39,779 nt of DNA from Octopus bimaculoides. Its lineage: Eukaryota. The translations under genes were made by a program, and so were the position numbers. The stretch lies in assembly GCF_001194135.2 (NCBI RefSeq), contig NC_068989.1, forward strand, positions 61,584,434 through 61,624,212, given 5' to 3'. A model generated the notes under the pieces. That model worked only from the letters and a program-made list of their open reading frames with translations. It searched no databases and was not told the origin of the DNA. How positions within the stretch are numbered: position 1 is the first letter of the stretch; each line of letters opens with the position of its first letter. Below are positions 34,082 to 39,779 of the stretch, piece after piece.

Positions 34082-36659
34082 NNNNNNNNNNATATATATA
34101 TATATATGAATATGTATAATATTTAGTGTTATTAATAACTATCTGGGAAGATAATTTTTCTTCTCCACTTGTTATTACTAAGTAGAAAACAAACAAATGT
34201 TCAAATTTTTACAAAAGAGTACAATAAATTTCACATCGAAAGTCTAACAAAATCGGAACAATTTCCACTGCATTGAGCGTCACTTCAAAAGATTTTATTT
34301 CGTTGCTTTGACTGGAATTATCAACCTTGCCTGTTGATAGATATTATTCAGGACTACAGTGGGTCTTGACAGACAGCACCTATGATAGCTGTAACTCGAA
34401 ATTCTACAAGTAGGGATTTGCGATTATTGTCTGAACGTTTGATGAAGTTTCTCAAAATAAATTTCAAGTGGTGTCTCAAGTGCTACTTAAAGGGTCACAA
34501 TACTGATACATTATCGAGAAGCAACAATTAACACAAACCACATTTTAAAGAAAAAGTAAAACATCAGAAGACATTAAGTCTGCTTGTCTATCGTTCTCTT
34601 AACCATAACTTTCTAGCATCTAAGTACACAGGCGTTTTAAATGCATATAATGAAGGCAATGGACATGTTTATATGAATGGTTGCAAAACACGTCTATGCT
34701 GTAATTCAGTATCATCTAATAAAAATAGATAAAAAATCTAATTTGTTGACAAGTGACAGGAAAGTGAACGAGAAGTTAAAATCTTGTCATAAAAGCTTAT
34801 TTCAGGAAAATTAGTTGATTATAAGTGCTGTCGTGTTTCTTAAAATATGAGCAACAGCAAACTTATAAATTACACAGAAGAAACGATGAAGAAAAGCACA
34901 ACAAAGAAACATAAACATATATAATGAATATGTGTCAATTAATATTTCAATATTGGTGAGTAAGTATGTGAAATAAATTCAGATTTTTTATTTTTTCCGT
35001 TTCAGTCTGCCGCTCATTTCTTCTTTGAGCATCATACGCACGCGCGCATTCATACAGATCTATCTATCTATCTATCTTTCTATCAGTATATGCATATGTA
35101 TTTTATATATATANNNNNNNNNNNNNNNNNNNNNNNNNNNNNNNNNNNNNNNNNNNNNNNNNNNNNNNNNNNNNNNNNNNNNNNNNNNNNNNNNNNNNNN
35201 NNNNNNNNNNNNNNNNNNNNNNNNNNNNNNNNNNNNNNNNNNNNNNNNNNNNNNNNNNNNNNNNNNNNNNNNNNNNNNNNNNNNNNNNNNNNNNNNNNNN
35301 NNNNNNNNNNNNNNNNNNNNNNNNNNNNNNNNNNNNNNNNNNNNNNNNNNNNNNNNNNNNNNNNNNNNNNNNNNNNNNNNNNNNNNNNNNNNNNNNNNNN
35401 NNNNNNNNNNNNNNNNNNNNNNNNNNNNNNNNNNNNNNNNNNNNNNNNNNNNNNNNNNNNNNNNNNNNNNNNNNNNNNNNNNNNNNNNNNNNNNNNNNNN
35501 NNNNNNNNNNNNNNNNNNNNNNNNNNNNNNNNNNNNNNNNNNNNNNNNNNNNNNNNNNNNNNNNNNNNNNNNNNNNNNNNNNNNNNNNNNNNNNNNNNNN
35601 NNNNNNNNNNNNNNNNNNNNNNNNNNNNNNNNNNNNNNNNNNNNNNNNNNNNNNNNNNNNNNNNNNNNNNNNNNNNNNNNNNNNNNNNNNNNNNNNNNNN
35701 NNNNNNNNNNNNNNNNNNNNNNNNNNNNNNNNNNNNNNNNNNNNNNNNNNNNNNNNNNNNNNNNNNNNNNNNNNNNNNNNNNNNNNNNNNNNNNNNNNNN
35801 NNNNNNNNNNNNNNNNNNNNNNNNNNNNNNNTATATATATATCAGATATGTATATGTGAACCTATATGTACCTCTCAATGTATATGTATATGAATATATA
35901 AATACCTCTTATGTGAACCCAGTAAGTTTCGGAAATCAATAAAAAATGCTCAGCATTTTCTCAATCTACGGAGAGAGTTAAATTTTCCCTGTTCATAAAT
36001 ATATTAATATACTGTGTAGATTGATATCCCCTTTGACAAACCAGTGATGTTAACTAAAGAGTTAATGACTTATTGTATGCTGATTAATAAGTCCAGTTCT
36101 CTGTAGCTATTGGACTTATTGAGTATATAAACATATTGGGTGTTTGTTTCTCTGGGATTTGTCCAATCAATATACACACCTCTGATGGGAGCGCAATACG
36201 TTTCGAAAATCAGTTAAGAATATTTCTGGTTTTCAGTCTACGGGGAAATGGATATTTTTACCCTGTTTATGTATCTACTACATAGCCTATTATATATATN
36301 NNNNNNNNNNNNNNNNNNNNNNNNNNNNNNNNNNNNNNNNNNNNNNNNNNNNNNNNNNNNNNNNNNNNNNNNNNNNNNNNNNNNNNNNNNNNNNNNNNNN
36401 NNNNNNNNNNNNNNNNATATATATTTATACATATACATATAGATTTTCACACACATACAGACACGCACACGCTCGCGTGCACACACACACACACACACAC
36501 GTGGGCGCCTTCTTTATTTGCGTGTTATTGTGTATATGTTTTTATGTATGCTTGCAATCTATTCGCTATGTAAATCTTACATACAATTTAATTTTTTATC
36601 CGCATATATTTTGGTGTAGAAAGAGGAAATATGAAACTTAAATTTATTGCCAGTCTTAG

Positions 36660-36960
36660 GCTTCACTGGTGCGACTTTTATTCACTCCAAAACGTTGGAA
36701 GACAAACCGACTATGGTAAAATTTGAACTTAGAATATAAACAGCTGGGAAAAATGCCGCTAAGTATTTTGTCTTATGCAGTACCGATTGTGTCGGATTGC
36801 CTTTTCCTGATTTAAGCACAAGACAAGCAATATCGAAGAGAGAACAGAAGTGTTAGTCCATGATATCGACCCAAATGCTTGAGATGGTTTTCATATAAAA
36901 GACCCGGAATGAAGAAAAACACTGGTGACCTTGGTGAGATCTGAACTCCGAATGTACAAT
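36660..36960 (-). mobile_element. Two heavily diverged SINE family 2 remnants in tandem
   Basis: GACAAACCGACTATGGTAAAATTTGAACTTAGAAT and GACCTTGGTGAGATCTGAACTCCGAATGTA resemble GCAAAGTCGACCTCGGCGGAATTTGAACTCAGAACGTA. Confidence 0.5.
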
Positions 36961-36990
36961 GCCATATTAATGATAATAATAATAATAATA

Positions 36991-37202
36991 ATTTCAAATT
37001 TTGTCACATGGCCAGCAATTTTTAGGTAGGGGAAAAGTCAATTATATTAACTCAAGTGTGCAATTGGTACTTGATTTATCTACCCTACATGGGATGAAAG
37101 ACAAAGTCGACCTCGGCGGAATTTGAACTCAGAACGTAAAGAAGGAAGAGATCCCGCTATGCATTTTGCTCGGTGTGCTAACGAATCTGCCAGCTCACGG
37201 CC
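36991..37202 (-). mobile_element. SINE family 2 copy with (ATT)n tail
   Basis: GACAAAGTCGACCTCGGCGGAATTTGAACTCAGAACGTAA...GTGCTAACGAATCTGCCAGCTCACGGCC; simple-repeat tail at 36972-36991. Confidence 0.87.
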
Positions 37203-37218
37203 TTAAAAAATAATAATA

Positions 37219-37253
<35 letters not shown>

Positions 37254-37792
37254 AATAATAATAATAATAATAATAATAATAGGAAAACCAAACAATAAAC
37301 AAAACCATCACAATCTCTGAAGCATTTTGAATAAAATGATAAAGTTAGAGGGATGAGGGACAAAAACGTAAATGAGACAGAGGAAAACTGTTGAACAGAC
37401 TTGTGAATTTTATGAATAGAACGTTAATTCGATAAACTGCGCCAAGAAGAAAAAAAAAACAAATATATGTATCAGCATTCTTTTGACATATTTCTATAGA
37501 AATGGTAATGTTGCACAAGCGTTAAAGATTTCTTTCTGACTTGTTTAGTGAAGCGATTAACCCCTTCAATGCCTGCATAAATGTATATTAATACTATGGC
37601 ATGCGGTGTTAGCTCGGGAATCGAATTTCACACCTGCCGTCCCTGTAATTTACGCAGCTACTGCATTTCTTGGAGAGAATGTTCTTTGACGTTTTTCCTT
37701 TTGTCTACCGCAGGATTCTGACAAGACTTTCATAACTAATGAAAGACTATATAATTTAACACAGAAAAAGTGAGGTGATACCTGTCGCTATA

Positions 37793-37795
<3 letters not shown>

Positions 37796-37855
<60 letters not shown>

Positions 37856-37984
37856 NNNNNNNNNNNNNNNNNNNNNNNNNNNNNNNNNNNNNNNNNNNNN
37901 NNNNNNNNNNNNNNNNNNNNNNNNNNNNNNNNATATATATACGTATACATATATATATATACATATATATATATACATATATAC

Positions 37985-38040
<56 letters not shown>

Positions 38041-38110
38041 GTATATATATGTATATATATATTATATATATGTACACATATACATCTATATGCATATATA
38101 TGTATGTAGA
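37796..38110. repeat. (GT)n and (AT)n microsatellites around an assembly gap
   Basis: Direct reading. Confidence 0.95.
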
Positions 38111-38676
38111 GAGATAGTTAGCTAGCTAGATAGATATATGGAGTTATATATGTATGTATATTATTCGTTTGCATGCGTGTGTATTGCGTGTATTTTAGAG
38201 TGCCTGTATTATAGACACGTAATTAAGATATTTGCTTTGCAACCACGTGCTTCCGAGGAACAGTATAATTAAGAACAAATTCATTAGGATCTCTAGTTTT
38301 TCCGCCAACCAAGAAATATTCCAGAATAATGAAGAATGCTACAATGAAACCCCTAAATGAAGTGATTATGATCAAGTGATATCATACTGCAATAACACTA
38401 AACATAATCAGGCTACTTGCACTGTAAGTACACGATTTACAGACCCTATCAACCTTAAAAATAGCTATAAGTAATCACACCAAATGCTTTATATATCTGA
38501 TACGTCTGTCAAATCTCACAAATCTTTCACGAAAATACGGTGGTTGGAATGTCCAACCTATACGTTTACTATTACGTTCTGAGCTCTTCATTTTAACATA
38601 TCCCTTATTTGTGCATGTTAATCCATATGTGGATCATCTTGGTTTCACTAATAGTGCTTTTTTCTCCTCCTGACAG

Positions 38677-38748
38677 AATTCAAGAATGAGTTTTTAAAAT
38701 TATCGTCTCCAGTTAAATTTCAAACTTACTCGCATTGCTTGGTCAAAG
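38677..38748 (+). CDS. Candidate 72-nt symmetric (phase 1-1) coding exon of an unidentified gene
   Basis: Strong acceptor GCTTTTTTCTCCTCCTGACAG, donor AAAG|GTATTT, single open frame FKNEFLKLSSPVKFQTYSHCLVK. No homology recognised. Confidence 0.28.
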
Positions 38749-39687
38749 GTATTTATCCGGCTTATACAAATATTTCAAATGTCGATGTTCTGCCGATATT
38801 GTTTTATATTTCGTCTTAGTGTTACTAATCGAGTGATATTCATTCTGCATGTTCTCATCTTTATATTGTTATTATTCGCACTTGTAAAAAGTTTATTTTT
38901 TCGAAAATCTATCCTATAAAACTCGCTTCTCATTTCTCAAATAAAGCAAAACTCCAATTCTTTTAATCCTGTACACTGATTGTTTTATGACACCTTGGGC
39001 GATTTCTTTACATTAGAACATCTTTTTATTTCCCTTGTAATTCCCCACATAGTGAATAGTTGGATAAAGTCTATTTTATTGCCTGTGATTTGTCGCCTTG
39101 TGAGAAAAACTTTTAAGAATGAATAAAAAAGAAAACAAAATGAAACTATATATAAACAACTGCCATGTAAAAACTTCGATTTCGCTTGAATTAATGAACA
39201 CATCATTGAACCGAAATGGCAGTTAATGCGAACATATTCATTTGTCTTCTATTATCTGTTATAATATATTGTATCAAAATAGGCAAACATTTGTACAAAG
39301 TTGTAAAAACACTTGACGGAATGTTATCATAAATAACAAATATTAAATATCGATTAATTTTACACACAATACAGAGACCAAATATTTCATCACGTTCGTT
39401 GCATTCCGTACGTGATTTCCGTCATGAGTGTGTTTTAATAGTAAATAATCAATCAAGCATGCACGTATAATGGATTAGTCAAAGATTATAACAAAAGCCA
39501 ATTAAATTAAAACAAATTAATTGAATCACATGGGCTAATGAAGTCGATAACAAGGACAACAAAATAAAGTTCATATATCATGGAATTTACACTATGTTTT
39601 CGATAAATCACTCCACAATGAAGGTTTGAATTTTGAAGAATTTTACTTATACAATTTAAAGCAAGGTAAAAAAAAAAAGGAGACTCT

Positions 39688-39779
39688 TGGACAAGTGTCT
39701 CCTACTATAAGCCTCAGGCCGACCAAAGACTACCGAGTAGATCTTGTAGTCGGAAACTGAAAGCAGCCCGTCGTATATA
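39688..39779 (+). mobile_element. SINE family 1 internal fragment running off the window
   Basis: GGACAAGTGTCTCCTACTATAAGCCTCAGGCCGACCAAAG...GGAAACTGAAAGCAGCCCGTCGTATATA homologous to 7725-7800. Confidence 0.7.

Noticed and set aside
38297-38423. Plus frame with a single in-frame TGA before a perfect GTAAGT donor (possible selenocysteine or pseudo-exon)
   Set aside because: No SECIS evidence, no homology, and phase incompatible with neighbouring candidates.

Overview
AT-rich, microsatellite-dense, gap-containing eukaryotic scaffold. The SINE families and repeat landscape point to an octopus genome (inference from recalled SINE sequences, no search run). No host gene can be named, and nearly all ORFs on the supplied track are artefacts of N-gaps or simple repeats. 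The recognisable content is decayed mobile DNA: several Penelope-like element (PLE) pieces, a D,D34D mariner remnant (8975-9963, -), an internally deleted Helitron (14490-16382, -), an R4/Dong-type RLE non-LTR retrotransposon fragment (21885-23155, +) and many tRNA-derived SINEs. The main observations are: (i) a near-canonical type I hammerhead ribozyme with a long stem II at 51-157, plus other hammerhead relics in PLE termini; (ii) a PLE with inverted pseudo-LTR arms (33089-34081); (iii) an old interrupted inverted repeat spanning 506-5781; (iv) a fold-back filler at the Helitron deletion junction; (v) inverted SINE pairs that could form ADAR substrates; (vi) a speculative phase-compatible chain of small plus-strand exons. 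I see no clear evidence for a wholly new biological system.
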